64,000 nucleotides of DNA from Nitrospirota bacterium (lineage in GTDB: Bacteria; Nitrospirota; UBA9217), in contig CAWIYV010000011.1 in assembly GCA_963840455.1 (NCBI GenBank), positions 860,580 to 924,579 on the forward strand. Direction: 5' to 3'. Below the pieces are notes generated by a model. That model was given only the letters and a program-made list of their open reading frames with translations. It was not told where the DNA came from and made no database searches. Of this stretch, positions 8,791 to 18,310 are shown one piece after another (the stretch's first letter is position 1; each line of letters opens with the position of its first letter). The translations under genes and the position numbers were made by a program.

Positions 8791-9145
8791 AGGGGCAGAC
8801 TCACGTCTTTCCCCTTACCCCGCACTTTCCCGGAGTGGCCCTACGCCCTGCACTCGTGATGCCGCTCGTAAACGCTGGGTGCAGGTGAAATTCTTGGGCA
8901 CCCGTCTTGGCCTAAGGTAGCGTCCCCCTGGGGGCGAACGCGCATGTCCGAGGCCGCAGGCTGAGTTTGCGCGGGCGAGCGGACGTGGCCTTAGACGGGT
9001 CAAGAAATGCATTGTCGCCCTCTGCATCACACTGCGGGGGGCTCCGATCCTCAAGGAAGTTGCAATTCTAACCGCTCGCTATGCGCTCGCTCCTGGATTC
9101 AGGACACGAAGGGGTGGTGCAAAAAAGAGCTCAAGATACAAGCTC

Positions 9146-9438
9146 TTTGTCACCTTTCTTGCGTGCCCAAGAAAGTGACCCAAAGAAGGGCACCCCACTG
9201 AAAACACCTTTGCTACAGGCTCGGTCGTCCTCGGTACATTTCGGAAACTCGCCCTGTGGGCTCAGACATCCGAAATGTTTTACCCTCGTCCTCTGTCGCC
9301 TGCCTAAATTTAAGCTCCCAGGTGCAAACGGCAGTGGAGCTTCGATCCTCAAGGTTGTGTATTTATTCTAATCGTTTTCTATCCCCGGATACAGCCGCGG
9401 GGATGCGCTCGCTCCTGGATTTTCGTATGGGACTGCTC
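9146..9438 (+). repeat. Family C copy with nested family-B insert
   Basis: Near-identical to 8054-8310. Confidence 0.8.
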
Positions 9439-9464
9439 AGCCAACTGCTAACTGCTTTTGGATC

Positions 9465-9926
9465 CTAAATTCTTGACGCTATTATTTTCCCGAGCGCTTT
9501 CAGTTGTTCCATGGTTAAAAAGGGCATGACATCCTTGCTATTTATATATGCTGTCAGTTCGACGTATAATTTGTCCTTTTTAAAGGAAAGCATATAGGGA
9601 GTGGCGACGTTGGGGCCGTAATACGCATCTTCTCCAATTCCCTGGACTTCCCCTTTTATCTGCCCTAATTTTGTCGCTTCAGCCTTGTTATAGAAGGAAG
9701 GGCTATTAAACCGCGCCAAAAGAATAACTTTCCCGTCCTTGTTCTTGAATTGCAGAGACCCGGCCGAACCTTGTTGCGTGCTCTTCGATAACTTCACCTC
9801 TTTAAACCTGGTAACTTTTTCGATGTCGGCTGTCGATAAATATTTATCAAATGTTTCCGCCTGCGCAGCCGTACAAAAACACAGGATGAACATCACCGAT
9901 AAGGAAAGAAATGACCTGCTGTTCAT
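9465..9926 (-). CDS. Secreted hypothetical protein
   Basis: 153 aa, signal peptide (AQA-E), RBS aaggagg, visibly AT-richer than neighbours. Confidence 0.75.
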   Translation of the reverse strand: MNSRSFLSLSVMFILCFCTAAQAETFDKYLSTADIEKVTRFKEVKLSKSTQQGSAGSLQFKNKDGKVILLARFNSPSFYNKAEATKLGQIKGEVQGIGEDAYYGPNVATPYMLSFKKDKLYVELTAYINSKDVMPFLTMEQLKALGKIIASRI

Positions 9927-10004
9927 TGTATGACCTCCTTTGAAAATAAATATGGCCCGTTTAGGGTTCAGTTCTTTCTTTTTGACATTCCCCCTCCGCC
10001 TTTG

Positions 10005-10847
10005 CTACCGCCCGAAGACATCCGAGATCTTTGTTATGCTCGGATCATGCGCATGGATGACCCAGGCCGCTCCAAAGGCGATCGCCAGCACGACGAGAAA
10101 AGGTATGTACGTATCCTTGAACACGCTCCCCATCCAGTCAGGCTTGTTCATCTTCCGGTAGCTCCTGATCAGGCTGGTCCCGAGCAGGAAATCGAATGCC
10201 GCCTCGGACAGGATATGCGGCGCGATAGAGATAAGGTAGATCGCTCCGCCGACCGTTGCCGCCAGCAGGATACCGAGGGCGATCAGGATGATGCCGTCGT
10301 CATCGAAGATACCGGACACGGCATCGCCCACCGAGCTCAGCGCGCCGGACGATGATCCTGCGTCTGCTGGAGGAGGCACGACCATTGCCTGGCTATTCGC
10401 CGCCGTGCCATCGAACGCTGCTGATGCTCCGCCGCCTCCGGAACCGCCGCCTCCGCCGCTGAAGGTAGGCGCTGACCCGCCGGAACCGGAGCCCCCGGAG
10501 AAGCTCGGGAGGTCAGGCAGCACGTCGCCCGCGGAATCCAGCCCCTTGAGCGGCTGCGACGCGGCCACGTACTTGAGCCACAGCTTCACGAAGAGAAAGA
10601 ACGCCAGATAGGCGAAGACGACCGCCAGCGGATAGCGGACCATGATGCTGTCCACGTGAAGGAGCAGCAGGACCTTCGCGGTCAATACGCCGGACAATGC
10701 CGTCGCCAGGAGGATCAGGGACATATGGAACCGCAGGAAGAACCGCTCCTGGACCCTCCGCATGAACGTCTTGCGCACCCGGCCGACAGGGTCTTCCTGT
10801 TGGACCGGTTTCCGGGGAACCTTAAGGTCAGATCGTTCTCCGTGCAT
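10005..10847 (-). CDS. Membrane protein with Gly/Ser-rich linker
   Basis: Several TM segments, FSGGGGGSGGGGAS motif; start uncertain (ATG at 10847 lies in the repeat site, alternative at 10763). Confidence 0.75.
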   Translation of the reverse strand: MHGERSDLKVPRKPVQQEDPVGRVRKTFMRRVQERFFLRFHMSLILLATALSGVLTAKVLLLLHVDSIMVRYPLAVVFAYLAFFLFVKLWLKYVAASQPLKGLDSAGDVLPDLPSFSGGSGSGGSAPTFSGGGGGSGGGGASAAFDGTAANSQAMVVPPPADAGSSSGALSSVGDAVSGIFDDDGIILIALGILLAATVGGAIYLISIAPHILSEAAFDFLLGTSLIRSYRKMNKPDWMGSVFKDTYIPFLVVLAIAFGAAWVIHAHDPSITKISDVFGR

Positions 10848-10906
10848 TTAGGGAACCCTTAGGGTCAGGTCAAAAGAAACCAGCGAACAAGCCCGGCTCT
10901 CTCTCA

Positions 10907-11024
10907 ATTGAAGCTCCCTGCAGCAAGCTGCAGGGAATCTTCGATCCTCAAGGTAGTACTATTTATTCTCATCGCTCGCTAACCCCGCAGCAAGCTGCGG
11001 GGAATGCGCTCGCTCCTGGATTCA
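10907..11024 (+). repeat. Family B palindromic element (ccctgcagcaagctgcaggg / ccccgcagcaagctgcgggg hairpins)
   Basis: Other copies at ~4453, 12686-12847, 17525-17574, 48060-48155, 61655-61753 (reverse) and nested in family C. Confidence 0.8.
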
Positions 11025-11042
11025 TGGCATCCGGACCGGGTC

Positions 11043-11276
11043 TCATCGGCTTGGCCCGGGTACCGGCAGCCCGACGCTCAACTCCCTGATCAGGTCATCC
11101 AGGACGCGCGGCAATTTCATCACGAGCTGGAGCCGCAGCTCGTCGCTGAGCATGAGCCTGTGATTCACCCGGGTCCCCACTGTCGGGGCTCCGTTGCAGG
11201 TGCCGGCCGCGACCTCGATCGTGATCGCGCCCAGTGTCTTCATGTCGGGGACATCTTCTTCGTTATCGTATTCCAT
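11043..11276 (-). CDS. Hypothetical protein
   Basis: 77 aa ORF after RBS ggaggg. Confidence 0.5.
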   Translation of the reverse strand: MEYDNEEDVPDMKTLGAITIEVAAGTCNGAPTVGTRVNHRLMLSDELRLQLVMKLPRVLDDLIRELSVGLPVPGPSR

Positions 11277-11330
11277 GGTCCCTCCGCGATACACGGGTCG
11301 CGCCGCTGTTCGCCGGGTTTCCTTGCCGGC

Positions 11331-11864
11331 TCAGCCATACTTCAGCATGACCTCGATGTTCTTTATCTGGGCCTCTGCGCGTTCCCAGATCACCCTGATC
11401 GAATCCCCGGAAATGCTCTTCCAATGAGCCCCCGTGGATTTATATACGTGGGTCTCGGTTGGCAGATCGTATTTTTTCACAAGAGGATCGAGTTCCTGTG
11501 TCACATAGATCCGTCCCTTCGGGATGAACTCAAAACCGGACAAATGGCTGCGGGACCGGCAGAGGAGCAGGCCATCCCGGGAGATGGTCACCAGGCTCGC
11601 GTAGGCCGAGACCAGTTCGCGCTCCGCCTTTGAGGCTGTCTTGTCCTTCAAAGCCGTTATTCCCGCAGTCAGTCGCTGCAGGACCGCATCAGGAAGGCCG
11701 CAGGGATCTCCGGATCTGAGCGCGGCCTTCAGGTCCCGGCTCGCCCAGTCCAGCTCGGCAAATTTTCCCTTGTCCAGGCCCGGCTCCGCTGTACAGCCCA
11801 AAGCGAACAGCAGGAGTGCAGAGAACAGGATGATGACGGAACGTTGTGAGGTCACGGTATTCAT
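11331..11864 (-). CDS. Hypothetical lipoprotein
   Basis: IILFSALLLFALGC lipobox; start MNTVTS. Confidence 0.7.
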   Translation of the reverse strand: MNTVTSQRSVIILFSALLLFALGCTAEPGLDKGKFAELDWASRDLKAALRSGDPCGLPDAVLQRLTAGITALKDKTASKAERELVSAYASLVTISRDGLLLCRSRSHLSGFEFIPKGRIYVTQELDPLVKKYDLPTETHVYKSTGAHWKSISGDSIRVIWERAEAQIKNIEVMLKYG

Positions 11865-12285
11865 TGGCCGCTCGGGGCGAGACTTGAATATTGAGATCAC
11901 GCTGCCGGGACGTTGGTTCTCAGCATGCTTTCCCCGTAACTCCCCCGCGGCCGTTCCTTGCTGTTCCTGTTCCGTCAGCGTCTTCGCCGTTCCTTCTCCT
12001 TCTCCGCCTTCCCCGCCCTGAACAGCGCCGCACGCTGCTTCAAAGAACCGGCCGTGCGAGCACCGCCGGATCATATCCCAGCGCCGCTGCGCCCTCCCTG
12101 CCCGTGGGATAGGAGAACCTCCCTGCCGCTGAACGGGAGACCTCATCGTACTTGCTCCGGATGGCGCTCCTGATCTACTCCCGGTCCGCGGTCGCTCCGA
12201 TCGGGAGTCTCTCCGCTTCTTTTGCGGGATTATGTGAATGAAGAAAGGAGAATTGCCGCAACCTTCATAATTCTTACTTCTTGTT

Positions 12286-12681
12286 TCACGCTCCGGGGAA
12301 CTTCCTGAACAGCTTCTGTTCCTCCGTCTGGATCCTGTCCTTCAGCGTCAGATAGAGCAGCTTGATCTCGCCTGCAAACTCCATTTCGTCCCCGCCCCGG
12401 TCGTACTTATTGAAGAGCCGCATTGCCTTCGCGCTGACAGCCTCCATGTCGGCGATGAAGAACTTCATCAGCACCGCGAGTTCCCGGTCGCTCTCGGCGG
12501 CTTTCCGGAGCCTGGGATAAAAGAGCTCATCCTCTTTCCGCATATGCGCCAGGAGCAGGTCGCGGGCCGACAGCAGCCGTTCCTGTCCGGCCTGCGATGA
12601 GATGCCGAGGGCCTTCACCTCGCCGAGGATCTCGAGGAGCGCGGCATGTTCGTTCTGCAGTTCCTGGATCAGAGCATTCAT
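12286..12681 (-). CDS. Hemerythrin/HHE-domain protein
   Basis: LQNEH...LLAHMRKEDELFYP...RIQTEEQKLF. Confidence 0.85.
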   Translation of the reverse strand: MNALIQELQNEHAALLEILGEVKALGISSQAGQERLLSARDLLLAHMRKEDELFYPRLRKAAESDRELAVLMKFFIADMEAVSAKAMRLFNKYDRGGDEMEFAGEIKLLYLTLKDRIQTEEQKLFRKFPGA

Positions 12682-12685
12682 GGAA

Positions 12686-12847
12686 GTTGAAGCTCCTTGC
12701 AACAAGCTGCAGGGAATCTTCGGTCCTCAAGGTAATAATAGATCATTCTAATCGCTCGCTAACCCCCTGCACTCGCGGTTCCACTCGTAAACGCTGGGGG
12801 CAAGACCCCGCAGCTAGCTACGGGGAATGGGCTCGCTCCTGGATTCA
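12686..12847 (+). repeat. Family B element carrying a further nested ~45 bp unit
   Basis: Extra ccctgcactcgcggttccactcgtaaacgctgggggcaag relative to the 10907 copy; same unit near 48080 and 8846. Confidence 0.75.
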
Positions 12848-12984
12848 AGTAAGAATTAAGAAATTATCTCCAGGTCTTCTCCCTATCAAGCGGGTGATAC
12901 AAGCTTCGAAGTCGGGCATGTTTCTGCCACCGGTTCACAGCTCCGTGCAGTCATGCAGGGCTGGTATTTGCGTCACCGTGGGGG

Positions 12985-13272
12985 TCAAATCTTTGCCGTT
13001 GACACAGTAGCTGCTTCACCCCCTACCACGTGCCCTGCCTTTGCTCGCTTCTTCGCCTTCCCCAGCCTCTCCAGCAGCGCCTGCAGCGTCTCCGCCGCAT
13101 GGTCCTGCGACCGGAAATACTCGGGACGCAGCAGGAATCCGTACTGGCCGGGATGATCCGGCCGCTCGATCGCACATTCGAGGATCTCCTCGTCCGTCAT
13201 GTTCCTGATCTCCTCGACGGACAGTCCGCTGAGGTACCGGTTGTATTCTTTCAGCGGATCATCGTCTTCCAT
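12985..13272 (-). CDS. Hypothetical small protein (ERPxHP family)
   Basis: RBS gggagg; paralog at 15179-15406 (PL.EYN...AIERP.HP..YGFLL.P..FRS). Confidence 0.75.
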   Translation of the reverse strand: MEDDDPLKEYNRYLSGLSVEEIRNMTDEEILECAIERPDHPGQYGFLLRPEYFRSQDHAAETLQALLERLGKAKKRAKAGHVVGGEAATVSTAKI

Positions 13273-13451
13273 CGTGCCTCCCGGACCTTCGGAGGCACCG
13301 CAGAGTGTCAGGTCTTACGATTGACAGTGCCGTTTTTTTCATCGTCCCGTAGACACCAGGGCAAGGTCGACGTTTTTGTCATGCTGCAATCTCTCGGTCT
13401 TAAGCTGGGCCCTCTGAGGGCCGGTCCGCGTGACCGCCGTCGCTGCGGGCA

Positions 13452-14147
13452 TCAGGCGCCGTCGTTCTTCAGGCTCTCCATGAATTGCAGGAGAACCTCT
13501 ACTGCGCTGTCGGTCAGTTCCGTGAACTCCACGCCGACGGCATAGCCTCCCTGGCTCCGATCCCTCGACGTTCGGCAGGAAACGACCCTTCCCATGAAGC
13601 TGACGGGCGCTGCGGCGTTGAGCGACAGTTCCAGAAGGATCATGCTGTCAATGTCCAGTTGCTGCTCGGTCCGGATGATGACGCCGCTTCTGCTGATGTC
13701 CTGTATCGTGAACTGTGCCGGAAATTCCAGGACCTTCTCGTTGGGAGTCGTGAGGTTGAACTGGACGTCGCGGAAGCGCCAGTTCGCGGTCGCCGGCATT
13801 TCCACCTTCTTGCTCTGTTCAATGGAATCCAGGAAATCCCTGACCGTGCCTGCTGATTCGTCCTTGAACACGATGCCGACGAGGTAGCAGGTGACCGACT
13901 TGTTCAGGGACCGCTCGTCGATCCCGCACAGTTCGGACCGGATGACCAGGCCCTTCACGGGATAGTGCGTTCCGCGATATCCGAACAGGATCGAACATTC
14001 TCTTCCGATCGCCAGCCTCCCTTCCGTTCTCAACAAGACCCCGCCCGGGCTTATGTCGACCACGTCCACTTTGCCGACCAGGTTCACTTTGCTCTCAATA
14101 TTGATCAGGCGGATACTGAATCTCTTATGCTTTCTCTGGTTCTGCAC
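13452..14147 (-). CDS. Tandem PilZ-domain protein
   Basis: QRKHKR...DISPGG and a second DISRSG...GVEF. Confidence 0.85.
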   Translation of the reverse strand: MQNQRKHKRFSIRLINIESKVNLVGKVDVVDISPGGVLLRTEGRLAIGRECSILFGYRGTHYPVKGLVIRSELCGIDERSLNKSVTCYLVGIVFKDESAGTVRDFLDSIEQSKKVEMPATANWRFRDVQFNLTTPNEKVLEFPAQFTIQDISRSGVIIRTEQQLDIDSMILLELSLNAAAPVSFMGRVVSCRTSRDRSQGGYAVGVEFTELTDSAVEVLLQFMESLKNDGA

Positions 14148-14221
14148 AAGGGCACCTCTTGTCCTGGAGGCCTGGAGAGCCAGGTCTTTTTTTCACAGCT
14201 GCCGGTTCCCGGCCGCTCCCG

Positions 14222-14977
14222 TCACACCATGAACATCCCGCCGTTGACCGGAATGTACTGGCCGTTGACATAGTCCGAGAGCCGGGACGCGAGGAAGACC
14301 GCCACGCCCGCCACGTCATCCGGCAGGCCGAGCCGCCGAAGGGGCGTGAAGGACGCGATCTGCTCGTGCATCTCCCTGGGCTGGTGCTTCGTGGCGTCCG
14401 TCAGCGTAAGGCCCGGCCCGATGACGTTCACCGTGACGCCCTGCGGCCCGAGCTCCGCTGCCATCACTTTGGCCATGCTGTCCATGGCGCCTTTGGCCGC
14501 CGCATGGGCCGAGAACCCGAAACCCGGCGATCGCGACAGGCTGCTGCTGACGAGGATGAGCTTCCCGGCCTTCTTCGCAAGCATGGACGGCAGCACTGCC
14601 TGGGAGCAGTTCACCAGGGCCTTCATCTCGCCCATGAGCTTGGCCTCGAACTCCTCCCAGCTGAAGTCCGCGAAGGCCTTGACCGGAAAGCTGATGTTCG
14701 CGTTGTTCACCAGGATGTCGATCCCGCCGAGCTCCTTCGTCACGGACTGCACCATTGCGTTCACGGCCGCGCGGTCCCGCACGTCCGCGCAGGCGAGCAT
14801 GGCCGTGCCGCCCTGCTGCCTGACCTCCTTCAGGACGTCGTCAGCCGTTTCCTGGCCGCAGAGATAGTTGATCGCCACCCTGGCGCCATGGGCGGCGAGC
14901 GCCTTTGCCGTCGCCGCTCCGATGCCCCTGCCCGCTCCGGTCACCAGCGCCACCTTTCCTTTCAGTCCCAGGTCCAT
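14222..14977 (-). CDS. SDR-family oxidoreductase (FabG-like)
   Basis: VTGAGRGIG, LVNNA, HAAAK (His in place of the catalytic Tyr), VNVIGPG. Confidence 0.92.
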   Translation of the reverse strand: MDLGLKGKVALVTGAGRGIGAATAKALAAHGARVAINYLCGQETADDVLKEVRQQGGTAMLACADVRDRAAVNAMVQSVTKELGGIDILVNNANISFPVKAFADFSWEEFEAKLMGEMKALVNCSQAVLPSMLAKKAGKLILVSSSLSRSPGFGFSAHAAAKGAMDSMAKVMAAELGPQGVTVNVIGPGLTLTDATKHQPREMHEQIASFTPLRRLGLPDDVAGVAVFLASRLSDYVNGQYIPVNGGMFMV

Positions 14978-15178
14978 AGAAACCTCCGTTCAGGGGGCTG
15001 CCTGGGGACGTTGTTGCTCCTGTTTCTTTCGTCCATGTTCTTGTTCTCTCCGTTCCCCATCATTTCTCCGGTCAGCGCGTGGCTATATAACTGCGAGACC
15101 GCTGAGGGCAGACTTGATTTGCTGACTTAGTCCCATTCCCCGCTTTCGGCGATCGCGACTACCGGCCTGAACGGAAGA

Positions 15179-15406
15179 TCATCCTTTTGCTTTTGCCAGC
15201 CGCTCCAGCAGCGCGTTCATCGTTTCAGCTACATGTGCATCTGACCGGAAAAAGGCCGGGCTAAGCAAAAAGCCGTACTCACGCGGATGACCCGGCCTCT
15301 CGATAGCAAGCTCACGGATCTCTTCGTCTGAAAGGTTCTCGATCTGCTCGCGGGACAGCTTGCTGATGAAAAGATTATATTCCCTTAACGGTTCCTCGCT
15401 ATCCAA
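15179..15406 (-). CDS. Hypothetical small protein (ERPxHP family, copy 2)
   Basis: TTG start after ggag aligns with the paralog start (MDSEEPLREYN vs MEDDDPLKEYN). Confidence 0.7.
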   Translation of the reverse strand: MDSEEPLREYNLFISKLSREQIENLSDEEIRELAIERPGHPREYGFLLSPAFFRSDAHVAETMNALLERLAKAKG

Positions 15407-15456
15407 TTTTTCTCCGGGAGATCGGGTCCCTAAGGGTCGTGTCTTCTTTCTCGTCA

Positions 15457-15828
15457 TCAAGCCCTATACTCCTTCAGCGTCTTTTTCTTCTTCGCCTTCC
15501 CCTTTTTCTCCGGCAAGGACAGCGCGAACTCCTTCCCGATCCCGATCCACTTCGCCAGCCCTACAGCGCTCTTCCACCCCGCTTCCTCCACCATGACCCA
15601 CCCGGCCATTGGCCTGCCGGTGATGTCGAAGGGCTTTACGTTCCTGGCCTTGAGGCTCTTCTCTCCCTGTTCCTTGTCCATCCGCACGATCAGGAAATCC
15701 TTCAAGATGCCGAAGCACATGTTGCCCTTGAGCAGGTAGCACACGCCGCCGAACATCTTCTTCTTGTCCACGTCCTTCCAGCGCTTCACCGCGCTGTCAA
15801 TCGCTGTTTCCAGTTTTTCGTTATACAT
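15457..15828 (-). CDS. TfoX/Sxy N-terminal domain protein
   Basis: KKMFGGVCYLLKGNMCFG...PFDITGRPMAGWVMV. Confidence 0.88.
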   Translation of the reverse strand: MYNEKLETAIDSAVKRWKDVDKKKMFGGVCYLLKGNMCFGILKDFLIVRMDKEQGEKSLKARNVKPFDITGRPMAGWVMVEEAGWKSAVGLAKWIGIGKEFALSLPEKKGKAKKKKTLKEYRA

Positions 15829-15840
15829 TCGAATCTCTCG

Positions 15841-15975
15841 TTATTTTCCGTCTATCAGCCGCTCCAGCACGAACCACGCTGCCACCAGCGCCGCGATCAG
15901 GAAAATGATCTTCCCGATGTTCTTCCAGGCACTGACTGTTTCCTGGTCCCCCGGTCCTGTTGGCTCATTACTCAC
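15841..15975 (-). CDS. Small single-TM protein
   Basis: GTG after aaaggag; KIIFLIAALVAAWFVL helix. Confidence 0.5.
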   Translation of the reverse strand: MSNEPTGPGDQETVSAWKNIGKIIFLIAALVAAWFVLERLIDGK

Positions 15976-16040
15976 GGTGATCGCTCCTTTCGTCTTTTCA
16001 AGCATGACCCCGCAAAGGCCTCCAAGAACCACTGTCTCTT

Positions 16041-16190
16041 GAAGGTTCTGATGACCTATGGCATGAACAACCATGCAGCTTTGCATTAAGGACAGCGTAC
16101 ATTCGATTGCCCCCGTTTGGTCGGGACGTTCAGCTTCTGCGAGCAGCTCTGACAGGTGATTATGGTCGTTGTCGTCAATTCTCCGGTATC
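16041..16190 (-). pseudogene. Diverged 3' fragment of the Mrr/zinc-ribbon gene
   Basis: Aligns by eye with 19047-19196, including stop codon and downstream bases. Confidence 0.8.
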
Positions 16191-16241
16191 AAGCGCCTTT
16201 GGGGTCAAAATCTCATTTAATGACCCTGTTGATGATATGAT

Positions 16242-17345
16242 CTACCGGGTCTTCTCCGGCGCCTCGCAGGCTGCAGGACCGGCTCCCTTTTCCGACGCCG
16301 GCAGGGCCGGCGAAGGGCACATCTCGGGCCCGAGCAGTACGGCGATCCATTGCGTGCTTTTATTGTTCTCGCATACAAACTTCAGGGTCATGGTCAGCGG
16401 TATGCACAGGACCACGCCGATAAGACCGAGCAGGCCGCCCCAGAAGATCAACGAGAGAAAGACGACCAGCGTGGACAGGCCAAGCCTCCGGCCCATCAGC
16501 ATCGGCTCGACCACGTTGCCAAGAATGAAATTGACGGACAGATATCCGGAAGCCGCGAGCGCGGCAGGACCTATCCCGAGCTGGATGAGGGCGAGAGAGA
16601 CCGCGGGTACGGAGGAGATGAGGGCGCCGATATTGGGCACATAGTGGAGCAGGAATGCCAGGAAACCCCAGAGAATGGGAAAATCCACGCCGAGGATCCA
16701 AAGCCATATCCCGATCAGGACACCCGCTGTCATGCTGATCACTGTCTTGATGCCCATGTACCGGTTGATATCATAGACGAACCGCATAAAGGCGTGAAAG
16801 TCCCTTTGCGGTTGGCCGAGGACCGCGCGGAGCTTGGCGGGAAAGCTCGAGGCTTCCAGGAGGATGAAGGTGACGGTGAGCAGCACCAGGACGACCTCGA
16901 ACAACGTGGAGCCCAGACCCGCGAGCAGGCTGGCGGTCAGGCGCCTCACCGTTTCCGGCGTTACCGGGTCGAACTGGATCGAGTCCGCGAACCGGATCCC
17001 CTTGGTCGCCAGGAACGTCTGGAGCGAAGAAACATGCTTCTGCAGGCGCACCTGGTACTCCGGGAGGTCGGCATAAAAACTGTTCAGGGACGTGCCGACC
17101 AGCACGCCGATGACCGCGAAAACAGCGGCCATGCCCGCCACCACGATCAGCACCGCGGCGGTATAGGGAACGCGTTTCCGCTCGAGCCAGAGGACCGACG
17201 GCGCGCCGATGGCGGCCAGGAAAACAGCGATGAGAATAAATTCCATCACCGATTGCGCCAGATGGATGCTTGCCGTGATGATCGCGAGCGCTGCCACGGC
17301 CACGAGAATGCGCGTTCCGCGATGAGGATCACTTTGTTCAGTCAT
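16242..17345 (-). CDS. AI-2E family transporter
   Basis: LWGFLAFLLHYVPNIG...GNVVEP..MG..LGLS...LSLIFWG signature. Confidence 0.92.
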   Translation of the reverse strand: MTEQSDPHRGTRILVAVAALAIITASIHLAQSVMEFILIAVFLAAIGAPSVLWLERKRVPYTAAVLIVVAGMAAVFAVIGVLVGTSLNSFYADLPEYQVRLQKHVSSLQTFLATKGIRFADSIQFDPVTPETVRRLTASLLAGLGSTLFEVVLVLLTVTFILLEASSFPAKLRAVLGQPQRDFHAFMRFVYDINRYMGIKTVISMTAGVLIGIWLWILGVDFPILWGFLAFLLHYVPNIGALISSVPAVSLALIQLGIGPAALAASGYLSVNFILGNVVEPMLMGRRLGLSTLVVFLSLIFWGGLLGLIGVVLCIPLTMTLKFVCENNKSTQWIAVLLGPEMCPSPALPASEKGAGPAACEAPEKTR

Positions 17346-17653
17346 GGACGATCATCCCTTCGATAAAGAGCTGTGTGGTGACTTTGATGCTTTTCCGAAT
17401 AGCAACGTGCGGCCACTGTTTCTAACTTAGAACCTGAGGGTCAGGTCGATATCACACATTCATAACTCAAGATTCAAAATTCAATATAAATCAACTAACA
17501 AGCTGGCAAGCGCGAGAACAGCGCATTGAAGCTCCCCGCAGCAAGCTACGGGGAATTCGCTCGCTCCTGGATTCAAAGTTCAATGTTCAAGGTTCACTAA
17601 ATCTGCTAAAAGGAGACCCCCTGAGGATCAGGTCTTTCTCTGTGCCTCAGCCA

Positions 17654-18061
17654 TCAAAGGATGTCGATCCCCTCAACCTTCTTATAATGCTTGCTGTCGA
17701 ACGTGGCGACCCTGGTGTACTCCTTCGATCTCATATATGCGATGTTATAGGCATCGATGAAATCCATGTTCCCCGCCGTGTAGAGACCGGCCGCATGGGC
17801 GATCTTCGCATGATTGGCTATCTTGAGGTTCCGTGAAGCAAGGAGGGTGCTCAGCACTTCGACGATCTCTTTCCTTGCAAACCCGTAGAAGGACTCAAGG
17901 ACCCAGACGATCTCGGCGATGACGAGCTCGCTCGTTTCGAGCTTGATCTTTCCGGCTTCGGCCTTTTCGAACAAAGCCCGCGCCTTCTCGTACTGGGCTT
18001 CCACGTCCCTCACGAAGAAACGCAGGAACACGTTGGTATCGACAAAGACGGGATCATCCAT
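17654..18061 (-). CDS. PIN-domain (VapC-like) toxin
   Basis: VDTNVFLRF...VIAEIVWVL...DFIDAY...TFD. Confidence 0.92.
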   Translation of the reverse strand: MDDPVFVDTNVFLRFFVRDVEAQYEKARALFEKAEAGKIKLETSELVIAEIVWVLESFYGFARKEIVEVLSTLLASRNLKIANHAKIAHAAGLYTAGNMDFIDAYNIAYMRSKEYTRVATFDSKHYKKVEGIDIL

Positions 18062-18064
18062 GTG

Positions 18065-18310
18065 CTAGACGCCTTCCCGGGCGATCTTCCGGGCAACCGC
18101 CTTTTTGGCGTATTCCCGCTCGCTCCCGGTCCCCAGCTTCCTTCCCTTTGCGATCCCGCCGAGGTTCAGCAGGGACTTCCGCTCTTTTCGCCTGAGAATG
18201 AGCACATTATCCTTCACCTCGAACTGCAGGCTGTCCCCTTCCTTGATGTGGAACCGGTCACGGACGGGCTTGGGGATCGTGACCTGGCCTTTCTTCGTTA
18301 CGGTCGACAT
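18065..18310 (-). CDS. AbrB/MazE/SpoVT antitoxin
   Basis: STVTKKGQVTIPKPVRD. Confidence 0.92.
   Translation of the reverse strand: MSTVTKKGQVTIPKPVRDRFHIKEGDSLQFEVKDNVLILRRKERKSLLNLGGIAKGRKLGTGSEREYAKKAVARKIAREGV

Noticed and set aside
8194-9468. Small ORFs in 8.1-9.4 kb, 21.4-22.1 kb, 24.1-24.7 kb and 26.4-26.9 kb
   Set aside because: They are translations of non-coding repeat families; identical peptides recur only because the DNA repeats do.
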